In this document: positions 11,328 to 22,805 of the stretch, piece by piece | How the letters are laid out: the number at the start of each line of letters is the position of its first letter | How positions within the stretch are numbered: the stretch's first letter is position 1 | Assembly (NCBI GenBank): GCA_963665115.1 | Contig: OY762007.1 | Span: 3,808,001 to 3,872,000 of the forward strand | Length of the DNA stretch: 64,000 nt | Direction of reading: 5' to 3' | Origin: an uncultured Rivularia sp. | GTDB taxonomy: Bacteria > Cyanobacteriota > Cyanobacteriia > Cyanobacteriales > Nostocaceae | Position numbers and translations under genes: made by a program | The notes under the pieces: model-generated | Told to the model about the DNA's origin: nothing | Seen by the model: the letters and a program-made list of their open reading frames with translations, nothing else | The model's database searches: none

Positions 11328-13823
11328 ATGTTTGAACGCTTCACAGAAAAAGCCATCAAGGTAATAATGCTTGCTCAAGAAGAGGCTCGCCGCCTTGGGC
11401 ATAATTTTGTTGGCACCGAACAAATCCTCTTGGGTTTGATAGGCGAGGGAACTGGCGTGGCGGCTAAGGTGCTCAAATCAATGGGCGTTAACCTTAAAGA
11501 TGCCAGAATCGAGGTCGAAAAAATCATCGGCCGAGGCTCGGGTTTTGTCGCTGTGGAAATTCCGTTTACCCCACGGGCAAAGCGAGTTCTGGAACTATCT
11601 TTAGAAGAAGCTCGCCAGTTAGGTCATAACTATATTGGTACCGAGCATCTACTGTTAGGCTTGATCCGCGAAGGAGAAGGTGTAGCAGCTAGAGTACTCG
11701 AAAATCTTGGTGTAGACCTATCTAAGGTCAGAACCCAAGTTATTCGTATGCTTGGTGAAACCGCTGAAGTTACTTCTACAGGTCAATCTGGACGCAATAA
11801 AACTCCAACTCTGGATGAATTTGGTTCTAATTTGACCCAAATGGCACTGGATGGCAAGCTTGACCCCGTGGTCGGACGTGCTAAGGAGATTGAGCGGGTA
11901 ATCCAAATTTTAGGTCGTAGAACAAAAAATAACCCCGTATTAATTGGGGAACCTGGTGTTGGTAAAACAGCTATTGCTGAAGGACTAGCGCAACGTATTG
12001 GAAACAAAGATATACCTGATATCTTAGAAGACAAACGTGTAGTAACTCTTGATATTGGCTTGCTTGTAGCAGGAACCAAATATCGGGGTGAATTTGAAGA
12101 ACGCCTGAAAAAAATTATGGATGAAATCCGTCAGGCGGGAAATGTAATTTTAGTAATCGACGAAGTTCACACCTTAATTGGTGCTGGTGCGGCGGAAGGC
12201 GCAATTGATGCGGCCAACATTCTTAAGCCAGCTTTAGCTCGTGGTGAATTGCAGTGTATCGGTGCGACAACGCTCGATGAATACCGCAAACACATCGAGC
12301 GGGATGCAGCGCTTGAGCGTCGTTTCCAACCAGTAATGGTAGGTGAGCCTTCAGTAGATGAAACTATTGAAATTTTATACGGTTTACGCGACCGTTACGA
12401 ACAACATCATAAATTGAAAATTTCTGATGAAGCGGTGCTAGCGGCGGCTAAATTATCTGACCGTTATATTAGCGATCGCTATCTTCCAGATAAAGCAATT
12501 GACTTAATTGATGAAGCTGGTTCTCGGGTTCGTTTGATTAACTCCCAACTGCCACCCGCAGCTAAAGAGTTAGACAAGGAACTGCGTAAAATCCTTAAAG
12601 AAAAGGATGATGCGGTACGTTCCCAAGACTTTGATAAAGCTGGCGAACTGCGCGATCGCGAAATGGAGATCAAAGCAGAAATCCGCGCGATCGCTCAAAG
12701 CAAAGCTGGTACTTCTGGTGGTAATGGTGAAGAGCCTGTAGTTACCGAAGAAGATATTGCTCACATTGTGGCTTCTTGGACTGGCGTTCCGGTGAATAAA
12801 CTCACCGAATCGGAATCCGAGAAATTGCTGCACATGGAAGACACCTTGCACCAGCGTTTGATTGGTCAAGAAGAAGCTGTAAGAGCAGTTTCGCGTGCAA
12901 TTCGTCGCGCTCGTGTTGGTTTGAAAAATCCCAACCGACCGATTGCTAGTTTTGTCTTCTCCGGGCCTACTGGTGTTGGTAAAACTGAATTAGCTAAATC
13001 ATTGGCATCTTATTTCTTCGGTTCGGAAGAAGCAATGATTCGTCTGGATATGTCCGAATTCATGGAGCGTCACACCGTCAGCAAGCTGATTGGTTCGCCT
13101 CCTGGTTATGTCGGATACAACGAAGGCGGTCAGCTAACTGAGGCTGTAAGACGCAGACCTTATACGGTAGTGCTGTTCGACGAAATCGAGAAAGCGCACC
13201 CCGATGTATTTAATATGCTGCTTCAAATTCTTGAAGACGGTAGATTAACTGATGCTAAGGGACGTACTGTAGATTTCAAAAATACCTTGCTGATATTAAC
13301 TTCTAATATTGGTTCTAAGGTAATTGAAAAAGGTGGTGGCGGAATCGGTTTCGAGTTTGCCGAAGATGCTGGCGAGTCTCAGTACAACCGGATTAAGTCT
13401 TTGGTTAACGAAGAACTTAAACAGTACTTCCGTCCTGAATTCCTCAACCGTCTGGATGAAATCATCGTCTTCCGTCAGTTGAATAGACAAGAGGTAATGT
13501 TGATTGCCGACATTATGCTCAAGGAAGTATTCGGACGACTCACCGAAAAAGGTATCAGATTAGAAGTGAGCGATCGCTTTAAAGAGCGATTGTTGCAAGA
13601 GGGCTATAATCCGAGCTATGGTGCAAGACCTTTACGTAGGGCAATTATGCGCTTGCTAGAAGATAGTCTTGCAGAAGAAATTCTTTCCGGACGTGTTGGC
13701 GAAGGCGATACAGCCCTAGTTGATGTGGACGAAGGTGGAAATATCCTTGTTAGCTCCGAAAAGAGTGAAGAAGATAGCAGCGGTGAGCAAGATGATGCTT
13801 TACCTCAAGCTGTTGAGGGGTAA
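11328..13823 (+). CDS. clpC: ATP-dependent Clp protease ATP-binding subunit ClpC
   Basis: [12 protein letters not shown] start, two Walker A motifs ([16 protein letters not shown]), UVR middle domain, GIGF loop. Confidence 0.97.
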   Translation: MFERFTEKAIKVIMLAQEEARRLGHNFVGTEQILLGLIGEGTGVAAKVLKSMGVNLKDARIEVEKIIGRGSGFVAVEIPFTPRAKRVLELSLEEARQLGHNYIGTEHLLLGLIREGEGVAARVLENLGVDLSKVRTQVIRMLGETAEVTSTGQSGRNKTPTLDEFGSNLTQMALDGKLDPVVGRAKEIERVIQILGRRTKNNPVLIGEPGVGKTAIAEGLAQRIGNKDIPDILEDKRVVTLDIGLLVAGTKYRGEFEERLKKIMDEIRQAGNVILVIDEVHTLIGAGAAEGAIDAANILKPALARGELQCIGATTLDEYRKHIERDAALERRFQPVMVGEPSVDETIEILYGLRDRYEQHHKLKISDEAVLAAAKLSDRYISDRYLPDKAIDLIDEAGSRVRLINSQLPPAAKELDKELRKILKEKDDAVRSQDFDKAGELRDREMEIKAEIRAIAQSKAGTSGGNGEEPVVTEEDIAHIVASWTGVPVNKLTESESEKLLHMEDTLHQRLIGQEEAVRAVSRAIRRARVGLKNPNRPIASFVFSGPTGVGKTELAKSLASYFFGSEEAMIRLDMSEFMERHTVSKLIGSPPGYVGYNEGGQLTEAVRRRPYTVVLFDEIEKAHPDVFNMLLQILEDGRLTDAKGRTVDFKNTLLILTSNIGSKVIEKGGGGIGFEFAEDAGESQYNRIKSLVNEELKQYFRPEFLNRLDEIIVFRQLNRQEVMLIADIMLKEVFGRLTEKGIRLEVSDRFKERLLQEGYNPSYGARPLRRAIMRLLEDSLAEEILSGRVGEGDTALVDVDEGGNILVSSEKSEEDSSGEQDDALPQAVEG

Positions 13824-13867
13824 TAGAGTTTTAGATAGTAATTATCTGGAATTTTGAAAATTAGGAA

Positions 13868-13902
13868 GCGGTAGGGAATTTAGTTTCTCTACCGTTTTTT
13901 TT
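13868..13902 (+). terminator. rho-independent terminator of clpC
   Basis: Stem GCGGTAGGGA / TCTCTACCGT followed by a T run. Confidence 0.8.
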
Positions 13903-13910
13903 GTTTTTTT

Positions 13911-13958
13911 CTTGTTCCCAGGTTCTACCTGGGAATGTAGTTAGCGAGGCTCTGCCTC
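13911..13958. repeat. partial copy of the CAGAG-loop palindromic repeat/MITE family
   Basis: CTTGTTCCCAGGTTCTACCTGGGAATG...GAGGCTCTGCCTC matches the left half of 21555-21663. Confidence 0.7.
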
Positions 13959-14134
13959 CATTCCAGTAGTATTTCAGTTCTAGTTGGTGTTTAAATTGCT
14001 GGTTTTGATAAACCGCAGAGAGCGCAGAGGGCGCGGAGGAAAGAGGTAGAGAGAAAATATAGTTGAGACACAGTGTTACGTCTCGTGCAATGTGAAATCA
14101 TATGTTTATATTGCGATTGTGCAACGCCTGAATT

Positions 14135-14569
14135 TTAAATCATAGAATCATCAATGATTTTTCCATCACACCAGATAGTATCTCGACATACGCATTCAAT
14201 AAAAGAGGTATTATCAAAAATTGCTCCTCTAAAATTGCTGCCTACAATAGAACACATAGCAAGTTCGGCATTTGTAAAGTTAGCTTCTTCAAAAATCGCA
14301 TCGACTAAAGTGGTTTTCTGTAGCAAAGCTCCTTTCAGGTTGGCTCGTCTAAAATTAGCTTTTATTAAAGTAGAGAAAGATAAGTTAGCATTTTGCAAAT
14401 TAGCTGCTTCTAAACTGGCTTCATAAAAATCAGCTTCCGCTAAATTGGCATCACTCAAGTTAACATTATTCAAGTTAGCACCACTCAATTTAGCACCAGG
14501 TTCCAGCACAATGCCAAAAAAATTTCTTTCCCCAGCAGCGTACCGCCGTAACAATTCTTCAGCACTCAT
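14135..14569 (-). CDS. pentapeptide repeat protein
   Basis: MSAEELLRRYAAGERNF cap followed by A(N/D)L(S/A)x repeats. Confidence 0.9.
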   Translation of the reverse strand: MSAEELLRRYAAGERNFFGIVLEPGAKLSGANLNNVNLSDANLAEADFYEASLEAANLQNANLSFSTLIKANFRRANLKGALLQKTTLVDAIFEEANFTNAELAMCSIVGSNFRGAIFDNTSFIECVCRDTIWCDGKIIDDSMI

Positions 14570-14787
14570 GCTCGTTTGTAGTTAATTAAATTATCAGTTC
14601 ATTTTAATTCACATCTTGCAGCATTCACGCCAAAGCGTGCGTTTAATCTAGTTAAGCTACATTTCCCGGCTTGAAATCAATTGATGCGGCTAATAGTTGA
14701 AGTCTACTCCAGTATACCGAAAAGCTTTTTCTTGCAGCGAGTAATTACAAACATTCATAAACAAACCGATTTCGCGCTACAAATTTT

Positions 14788-16137
14788 ATGAAACCTAAAT
14801 TTAAAAAATCAATACAGCGAGGTAATTTATATCGCTTGGTATTAATTTTGGTTTTGCTTGTAAGCATAAAACTGCTTTCTGCTTGTACCAATAATTCAGC
14901 AACTACTTTATCTTTTGTTGTGTCGCAAGAAGAAATTAAATATTTTGAACCGCTAATTGAGCAGTTTAATGATAGAAACCCAAATATTAAGATTGAATTA
15001 GCAGAAAATAGTTTAAAAGCAAACGACAGCGATCAACTTAAAGAAATTTATCAAGCTGATTTTAAAGAGAAATTACCCCGTTATGACTTGATTTACCTAG
15101 ATATTATTTGGGTACCTGAATTTGCTGAGAATGAGAATTTGTTGGATATAACTAAGGATTTTCCATCCCAAGATTTAAAAAAAGAATTTTTGGCGAGTGA
15201 AGTAGACGATGGAATTTATGATAATAAAATGTATCGCGTTCCCTTCCGTACTGATATGGGAGTGCTTTACTACCGTAAAGATTTGCTAGAAGCAGTAAAG
15301 GAAAAGCCACCCGAAACATTTGATGATTTGTTACGGATTTCTCAAAAAGTTAAGCAACAACAGCAAGATATTGAATATGGTTATCTTTGGCAGGGGCGAA
15401 AAACCGAAGCAATAGCGGCGATGTTTGTGGAAGTGCTTGAGGGTTACGGTGGATTCTGGATTAATACCGAAGATAACCAAGTTGGATTAGACAAAAGTGA
15501 GGCGATCGCCGCAGTCGAGTTTCTACGCAATACAATCGATAAAAAAGTATCTCCCAAGAGTGTTACCACTGACAATGAAAACGACACACGTAAAAAATTC
15601 CGCTTGGGAAAAGCCGTTTTTATGCGAAACTGGCCTAATGTCTGGCTAGACGCTAATCATTTAGGCTGCTGCATTCGCGGTAAGATTGCCATTCAACCAA
15701 TGGTAAGCGTACCGGGAAAAAGCGGTGGTGCATCCAAGGGTGGCTGGGGTTTTGGAATTGCTAAAACTACGAAACATAAAAAAGAAGCCATTGAAGCGAT
15801 TAAATTTTTCACAAGTGCGGCAATTCAACGGCAGTTTACCCTAAAATATGGCTCCGTACCAACTCGTCGTCAATTATTTTTTGAACCGAAAATTGTTGCA
15901 AAATATAATCATTATCCAAAGTTGCTAAATATTATTGATAATAAAATTGAGAACAAATCTGTTAAATTGGTTTCTCGTCCGAGCATTCCTCAATATGCAG
16001 CAGCATCCTGTATTCTACAGAAACATCTTCATGCTGCGCTAACTGCAAAAACAAATCCTACTCCTCAAGAGGCGATGAAGAAAGCAGCAGAGGAAACTAG
16101 ACAGCTATTAAAGACGGGGAAATCAAATTGCGAATAA
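14788..16137 (+). CDS. sugar-type ABC transporter substrate-binding lipoprotein (no permease nearby)
   Basis: Lipobox LLSAC; YDLIYLDIIWVPEFA, LYYRKDLL, FMRNWP, GGWGFGI. Confidence 0.88.
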   Translation: MKPKFKKSIQRGNLYRLVLILVLLVSIKLLSACTNNSATTLSFVVSQEEIKYFEPLIEQFNDRNPNIKIELAENSLKANDSDQLKEIYQADFKEKLPRYDLIYLDIIWVPEFAENENLLDITKDFPSQDLKKEFLASEVDDGIYDNKMYRVPFRTDMGVLYYRKDLLEAVKEKPPETFDDLLRISQKVKQQQQDIEYGYLWQGRKTEAIAAMFVEVLEGYGGFWINTEDNQVGLDKSEAIAAVEFLRNTIDKKVSPKSVTTDNENDTRKKFRLGKAVFMRNWPNVWLDANHLGCCIRGKIAIQPMVSVPGKSGGASKGGWGFGIAKTTKHKKEAIEAIKFFTSAAIQRQFTLKYGSVPTRRQLFFEPKIVAKYNHYPKLLNIIDNKIENKSVKLVSRPSIPQYAAASCILQKHLHAALTAKTNPTPQEAMKKAAEETRQLLKTGKSNCE

Positions 16138-16170
16138 TATCATCGCAGGGAGAATACTTTTCTGTGAGGG

Positions 16171-16207
16171 TTGGTAATTGGTAATTGGTAATTGGTAATT
16201 GGTAATG
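16171..16207. repeat. heptamer tandem repeat (GGTAATT)n
   Basis: About 5 copies between convergent genes. Confidence 0.85.
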
Positions 16208-16208
16208 A

Positions 16209-18288
16209 TTAAGGTTTACAACGAAACATATTTACCTTGCCGTCTGCATTCGCAGAAGCCAAAAGGTTTGTATTTTTTGGACTAAAAGCAATTGCTACCA
16301 AACCTTTACCACTATTGCAGGTACTCAAGCGATCGCCGTTATCGATGTTCCACAGATTTATAGTCCCATTAGTACTTGCTGTCGCGACATAGTTTTTATT
16401 ATCGGGAAAATCAACTGCTACTAGATTATCTTCATCATTATGTCTGAGGGATATTGTGAAATTGTCGCTTTTATGGTTTTCCCAATTCCACACCACCGCT
16501 TTGTTATCTTCTAAACCGATAGCAACCAAATGTTTTCCATTTGGACTAAATGCGATTTCCATTGGATAAGTTTGGAGATTTACTTGTGCAACTTGCTTGA
16601 AGGTGGTTGTGTCCCAAATTTGAGCAATGCCAGCAGCATTGGCTGATGCTAAATACTTTCCATTTGTTGGACTAAAGGCAACGGCTACTAGGTTATCGGA
16701 ACCCAGAGATATAGCTTTTTGTGTTTCTTTGTCGGCTTGCCAGTTTCCACAATCTTCCAAGGTTGTTTAAGCTAGCTGTAGCTAAATATTTTGTATCCTG
16801 GCTGAAGCTAATAGCCCTAATGTAAGTTTTACTATTCAGAATTGCCTGTCGCTGACTGTTGCTTGTGTCCCAAACTCTGGCAATACCGTCAGCACTAGCT
16901 GATGCTAAATACTTTCCATCGCGACTGAAATCTAATGCGATTACGGGAGGTTTAAAGTTTGGGATATCGGAATACTCGTGGGATAGCTTTTTGAATTCGA
17001 TTTTACCATCGAGATTCATCGTCCACAAACCGGCGGTTGCATCCAAACTCGCTGTAGCTATTTTCTTACTATCGGAACTAAATTTGAGCGCGACTACACC
17101 ATCTCCGTGTAGTTGACAATCAATCTGCTTGGGCGTTTCATCTGGCAGTATGGTTGCATCAAATACTCGTAATGTTTTATCCAAACTTACTTGGGCAAAA
17201 TACTTACCATCGGGACTAAAAGCAATCTGACTTGTATCTAAAGCAGGTGAATCGCAAGCTGTTGAAACTGGCGCAGGTAGCAATGCCAGGTTATTCATTC
17301 TCCACCCGATAGCTATACCGATCAATAAGGTGATGGGAAATCCCAGCATAAAAACCCACCGATAAAGTTTAAAGAAAGAAGGTGATGGTGGTGGTGAAGC
17401 CTCTTGCTGTAATAATTCAATAACATCAAGACGCTGCAATATTTCTTTAGTATTTTGAGGTCGATTTTCAACCTCTGGTGCCATTAATTCATCGATAAAA
17501 TTGGCTAAAGGCTGGGAAATCTGTGGTGCAGAATCGCGCCAAATAAATTGGTTTGTAGGGCTATTTTTAGAAATCTCGTAGGGATGTTTACCCGTAAATA
17601 AATGAACAAAAGTACGTCCCAAAGCAAAAAAATCGGATTGTGGTAAGGCTTTAAATTTCTCTTGCTCTGGAGCTGCATATCCAGGAGTCAAAACTCCCGT
17701 AACATCACGCTTGGGATCGAATACTGTTTCCGTCACCCATCTAGCCGCACCAAAGTCAATTAACACCAATTGCCCATCGGGTTTAAGCATGATATTGGAG
17801 GGTTTAATATCCCGGTGGAAAAGCTTCTTTTGGTGTACCCGATGTAAAATATTTGTTAGCTGTTTGAGCCAATCAATTGCGAATTCTTCAGATATCCGCT
17901 GATGTTGTCCCAAAAACTGCTCTAAATCCTGCCCTTCAATTTTCTCGATAATCAAGCAGTGCAATTGCCGTTGAGTTTGACCAATTTTAAACGTAAAATA
18001 TCCTTCGGGATCTATTTTCGGAATTCCCTGATGTTTGAGTGAAATCAATACTTCAGCTTCTCGCTTAAATAGACGTAGTAAAGTATCATCGCGACTTTTG
18101 AGAACTTTAAGAACTTTCGGCGTTCCTTTGTCATCAACTTCAAAAACTTCTATGTAAGGCGATTTATTCAGCTCGCGCAAAGGACGAACTAAGCTATACC
18201 GATCTTTTATACACATCGGAGTGCCGCAATCTGGGCAATAATTTGAAGTATTTTGGTGATAGCACTCGGGGTTGATGCAGTAGCTCAT
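16209..18288 (-). CDS. Ser/Thr protein kinase: 4-Cys N-terminal prefix, kinase domain, TM helix, WD40 propeller; +1 frameshift at 16744-16746
   Basis: MSYCINPEC..CPDCG, HRDIKPSN, DFG, GYAAPEQ, TM WVFMLGFPITLLIGIAIGW, WD40 repeats. Deleting one base gives LGRLWNWQADKETQKAISLG and joins ORFs 16693..18288 and 16209..16760 (692 aa). Confidence 0.88.
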
Positions 18289-18345
18289 AATGGTTACTTC
18301 TCTAAAAATTGCCAGATAAGCATAGTGCTATATCCCAGAGATGCA

Positions 18346-19491
18346 TCACATACCTTGGGGATACATTCGCTTAATATACTTACCTATAACAGGCTGCAAA
18401 GTAAAAAATGTCCCAGCCGTTTGGGTAATCTTCTCAATCAGCGATCGCCATCCCAGAGATTGCATGGCTTTGATTATTTCTGACTTTGGTACTGTTACAG
18501 AAAGGTTATTCTGTAATTCTACATATGATATTGGCTCGCCATAACTTGCCATTTCATACATAATCCTTTTTTCTAAATCATCCAAACGTATAAACTGTTG
18601 CTCTAATATTTGCAAAAACTTATCGCCGATAACTATAGTATTTTCTTTTAAATATTCCTTAACATTACCTGCAAATACTTCTTTAATAGTAGTAGAAATC
18701 ATTTTCAGTGCTAAAGGATTTCCACCATACATTTGAATTAATTCCTGCCAACTTTCTTCTTGATACAATAATTTTTTTTCCTGGAAAATTTGGTTTGCTG
18801 CTTCCCCCAAACCTGCGATCAATAGCGAGCGAACTCTGAGTGTCTCGTCTTCAAGCAAGGCAACTTCGTGTGGTTTTTCTCGACCAATTAACACTAAGCA
18901 ACTTTGCAATTCCCGTGTTTCTCCAACTTGTCTAATTAAATCTTTATAGCCTTCGTATCCAGAACTAAAATGTCCCGCAAAATTACCGCTGCACAGAATA
19001 GCATCTACTCGATCTAATATCACTAAACAGCGATGCTGGCATAAAAAGTTAATTAATTGTGATACATCTACATGAGTTTGTTGCTCTGGAGTTAATGCTG
19101 AGATTAAGTTAGTTAAAACAGATTCATAAGGTGGAGCATCTCGAAGACTGCGCCAAATAAAATAATCAAAATTCCCTTGAATTTGTTCTACTAACTTGAC
19201 TGAAGTAGCAGTTTTACCAATTCCTCCCATACCTAATAGCGTTACCACGCGGCAGCAATCGTGCAAAATCCATTGTTCTAAAGTTGCAAGTTCTTGAATA
19301 CGTCCGTAGAAAACTCCCACATCAGGAGCCTCACCCCAATCTTTGATTGCATTCGGCTGTGAAAACTGAAAATTTGTGGTGTTATTTACAGTTTCCGAAT
19401 CAGCAATTTCCTTCCATTCCACACCCACAACTCGACAAATATTGATAAAGGTAGTTGTGATAGCGGCGATGCAGGAGGTGATTGTTAACAA
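18346..19491 (-). CDS. NB-ARC (STAND) ATPase with winged-helix end and no C-terminal repeats; 5' end probably truncated
   Basis: DWGEAPDVGVFYGRIQEL, Walker A GMGGIGKT, IWRSLRDAPP, CLVILD, GGNPLALK, FTLQPVI near the stop. Confidence 0.85.
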   Translation of the reverse strand: MLTITSCIAAITTTFINICRVVGVEWKEIADSETVNNTTNFQFSQPNAIKDWGEAPDVGVFYGRIQELATLEQWILHDCCRVVTLLGMGGIGKTATSVKLVEQIQGNFDYFIWRSLRDAPPYESVLTNLISALTPEQQTHVDVSQLINFLCQHRCLVILDRVDAILCSGNFAGHFSSGYEGYKDLIRQVGETRELQSCLVLIGREKPHEVALLEDETLRVRSLLIAGLGEAANQIFQEKKLLYQEESWQELIQMYGGNPLALKMISTTIKEVFAGNVKEYLKENTIVIGDKFLQILEQQFIRLDDLEKRIMYEMASYGEPISYVELQNNLSVTVPKSEIIKAMQSLGWRSLIEKITQTAGTFFTLQPVIGKYIKRMYPQGM

Positions 19492-19720
19492 GCTTTAGGA
19501 AAAAATCGCTATTTCCCCATAGAAATTTCAAAAAATGTTAAATTATCGGGATTATTAGTACTCAATCTCATGGTATAAGTATAATTAAGAACGATAATTT
19601 CCTGATTATTACAGATAAATTTTAAGCGGGATATATTCCATACCAACATCGTCGCAACAATTAAGATAAATTAAATACTGGCTCGCGGCATCGATTGGAG
19701 TATTCCCTCGTTTAAAGCAG

Positions 19721-21509
19721 ATGACAAAATTACTGAATAATCGTTATCAAGTTATCCAGGTGTTAGGTGCTGGTGGGTTTGGCGAAACCTTTTTAGCGGA
19801 AGATACTCATCTTCCTTCTCGCCGACGTTGTGTTATCAAGCAGCTAAAACCATTAGCAGACGATCCAAAAACCTATCAAAAGGTTCAGCAACTTTTTGAA
19901 AGAGAAGCAACAACTTTAGAATTTCTCGGTGAAGGTAGCGATCAAATTCCCAATCTTTTTGCTTATTTTTCGGAAAACGGGTTATTTTATTTAGTTCAAG
20001 AATGGATTCAAGGACAAACTTTAACTAATATCGTTGAAACTAACGGATGTTTAAACGAGCAAGCTGTTAAAGATATTCTACAAAGTTTGCTACCAGTTTT
20101 AGAATATGTCCACTCGAAAGGAATTATTCACCGCGATATTAAACCCGACAATATTATTCTGCGTAATTCTAATAACAAGCCAGTTTTAATTGATTTCGGT
20201 GCGGTAAAAGAAACCGTTCGTACTGCAATCAATTCTTCAGGAAACCCTACCCAGTCAATGGTAATTGGTACGCCGGGATATATGCCTAGCGAACAAATGT
20301 TAAGGCGTGCGGTTTTTGCTACCGATATTTATAGTTTAGGTTTGACGGCAATTTATTTATTAACTGGGAAACATCCCCAAGAATTGCAAACAAACCCAGA
20401 AACAGGAAAAATAGTATGGGAAGATGACGTTAATGAAATTTCTACTTCTTTAAAAACAGTTCTCAATCGAGCTATCGATCCAAATATAGGTAGTCGTTAC
20501 AGCACTGCGGGCAAAATGCTTTATGCTTTACAATCTACTTCTACAGCTACTACACCCATAATAAATAATCAAAAAACTCAAAATAATCAACAAACTCAAA
20601 AAACAGTTGCAGTATCTCCCGGTGCCCGAATTCCTCGAAAAAATATTAATTCTCCAAATTCCACAAATTCTACAAATAGGTTAAAGCCCGGTTTAATTTT
20701 CGGTGGTATACTCGCTGCTGGATTAATTGGAGGAATCGCAATTGCTAACTTTAATAACCAGCAACCCGAAGAAGATATTGTTATATCCCAAACTCCGCCA
20801 CCAGAGCCTACTGATAATAGCGATCGCACTAATATAATTCCTTCTCCCGAACCAACTTTCGCCGAAATTCAACCAACCGCAAAACCCCGAATTAAAATTC
20901 CACCACAAATTGCTCCACCGCAGCAACAAGAGCAAACAATCGAACCACCACCAGAAGCAACAACAGAAAATAGGCAACCAGCACCTATTTTTACACCGCA
21001 ACCGAAACCACAAATATTTTCTACTCCCAAGCCTCAACCTACAGCTAATTCCCAACCACAACAAACCCCAAAACCAGTTCCCGACAATAGTCAAAATAAT
21101 ACTTCAAATATCAGCGTTTCCAGTATTTCCTACAGGTAGCTCCGAAAGCGACGTTAAAGCAAATTTAGGACAACCAACAAAAGTTTCTAGAGGTTTATGG
21201 AATACCCGCGCCTATCTTTATAAATTACAGCCAGATGTAGACTTAGGTTTATTATTCGATCGCCAATCTGGAAGATTACGACAAACAGAAGCATCGCTTG
21301 CTCAATCTGTAGGAGCAAACACCATGCAAAATACTTTACAAGGAATGTTAAAAGGTAATATTAACGGCGACATTCAACAAGGATTGCAGCGAGTGTATCA
21401 GCGCCAAAGTAATCAATATTCTTTTCAAACAGGAAATTTAAAAGGAACAATACAGCGCAACAACCAAGGGCGCATTTATATTGCCGTTTGGGAAGCGGAT
21501 TTGCACTAA
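19721..21509 (+). CDS. membrane Ser/Thr protein kinase with Pro/Gln linker and C-terminal extracytoplasmic domain; +1 frameshift at 21117-21119
   Basis: LGAGGFG, HRDIKPDN, DFG, GTPGYMPSEQ, TM LIFGGILAAGLIGGIAI. Deleting one T gives NISVPVFPTGSSESDVKANLG and joins ORF 20910..21509 (595 aa). Confidence 0.87.
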
Positions 21510-21554
21510 AAAAGGGGCATCAGGAATTGTGAGAGGGGGTAGAGGGGGTTAGCT

Positions 21555-21663
21555 CTCGTTACAAGGTTCTACCTTGTAATGCATTTCAAGAAGGCTCTGC
21601 CTTCCCTACATAGTGCAGGCAGAGCCTCCAAATATGGTTTCCCAGCCAGAGACTGGGAACCAG
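21555..21663. mobile_element. MITE/REPIN-like palindromic element
   Basis: Imperfect terminal IR CTCGTTACAAG / CTGGGAACCAG and internal IR AGGCTCTGCC / GGCAGAGCCT; partial copy at 13911. Confidence 0.65.
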
Positions 21664-21666
21664 TTA

Positions 21667-22074
21667 TTATTTAACAGTTACTTTCGCACCAGCTTCTTCG
21701 AGTTGCTTCTTCGCATCTTCAGCAGCTTCTTTAGCCATAGCTTCTTTGATTGCTTTAGGTGCGGATTCTACCATTTCTTTAGCTTCTTTCAAGCCTAAGC
21801 CGGTAATACCGCGTACAACCTTGAGGATAGCAATCTTCTTATCAGCAGGTACGTCTTCTAGTACTACGTCAAACTCAGTTTTCTCTTCGGCAGCTTCAGC
21901 TTCACCACCACCAGCGGCTCCAGGCATCATTCCGGGCATCATCATCATGCCACCACCACCGGAAGCGGAAGCATCTACTTCAAATACTTCTTCGATTTGC
22001 TTAACTAATTCGGAAGCTTCGAGCAAGCTCAAAGTCTTCAAGCTTTCCATGATTTCATCAGTTTTTGCAGACAT
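21667..22074 (-). CDS. rplL: 50S ribosomal protein L7/L12
   Basis: [25 protein letters not shown]. Confidence 0.98.
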   Translation of the reverse strand: MSAKTDEIMESLKTLSLLEASELVKQIEEVFEVDASASGGGGMMMMPGMMPGAAGGGEAEAAEEKTEFDVVLEDVPADKKIAILKVVRGITGLGLKEAKEMVESAPKAIKEAMAKEAAEDAKKQLEEAGAKVTVK

Positions 22075-22118
22075 AATTCTATTCCTGTTGTTGTTGTTGG
22101 TATTTTTCTAAACTTAGG

Positions 22119-22172
22119 TTCGTAGTAAGGATTTTAATCCTTATTGGAGAGGGCTGAAGCCCTTACTACAAA
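22119..22172. repeat. GTAG-type REP doublet
   Basis: TTCGTAGTAAGGATTTTAATCC / GGGCTGAAGCCCTTACTACAAAC inverted pair; a single copy TTCGTAGTAAGGGCTTTAGCCC lies near 35964. Confidence 0.7.
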
Positions 22173-22181
22173 CAAAAAATT

Positions 22182-22763
22182 CTAGGATTCCGCAGAATCT
22201 TCTGAAGAACCTTCTTTTTGAGATACTGCTTGAATTGCCCGTGCCAAAGAATTTGGTACTTCGTTGATACCTGTAGCCAATTTGGTTGGTACCTGGTTGA
22301 TTCCCACTGCCAATTTGGTAGCGATAGAATTCAAACCACCAGCAATACGAGCCATTAGTTCTTGCTTGGAAGGTAAATCCTTGAGTGCTTTGACTTGATC
22401 TACTGTTAAAGCTTGCCCTTCAAGCACTCCACCGCGAATCTTTGTTTTCTTGGTGGCTTTTTGGAAGTCTTCGTAAGCCGTGATAGCGTCTTTTAAGTCT
22501 TCTTTAACTAGTAAGAAAACCGAAGAGTCTTGAAGATACTGCGTCATTGGCTGCCATTGTTGATCTTCTTCAACAGCAATCCGCATCAAGGTATTTTTGG
22601 TTCTTTTACAAACCGTACCAGTTGGACGCATCCGATTACGTAAATCGCTAATTTGCGATACGCTTAGACCTTCGTATTCAATTACTATTGCTAGGGAAGA
22701 CTCGCTCAAAAGTCCTTTAAGATCGGAAACTATTTCCTTCTTATTTGCTAGCGTTCTACCCAT
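22182..22763 (-). CDS. rplJ: 50S ribosomal protein L10
   Basis: KNTLMRIA, LPSKQELMARIAG; upstream of rplL. Confidence 0.97.
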   Translation of the reverse strand: MGRTLANKKEIVSDLKGLLSESSLAIVIEYEGLSVSQISDLRNRMRPTGTVCKRTKNTLMRIAVEEDQQWQPMTQYLQDSSVFLLVKEDLKDAITAYEDFQKATKKTKIRGGVLEGQALTVDQVKALKDLPSKQELMARIAGGLNSIATKLAVGINQVPTKLATGINEVPNSLARAIQAVSQKEGSSEDSAES

Positions 22764-22805
22764 TTTATATCACCTCCTTCACGATCTTTATTAACCTTAA
22801 AAACA

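Noticed and set aside
19473..19482. AGGAGGTGAT, complementary to the 16S rRNA 3' end
   Set aside because: Only 10 nt, no other rRNA-like sequence and no useful + strand ORF follows; chance match or remnant RBS.
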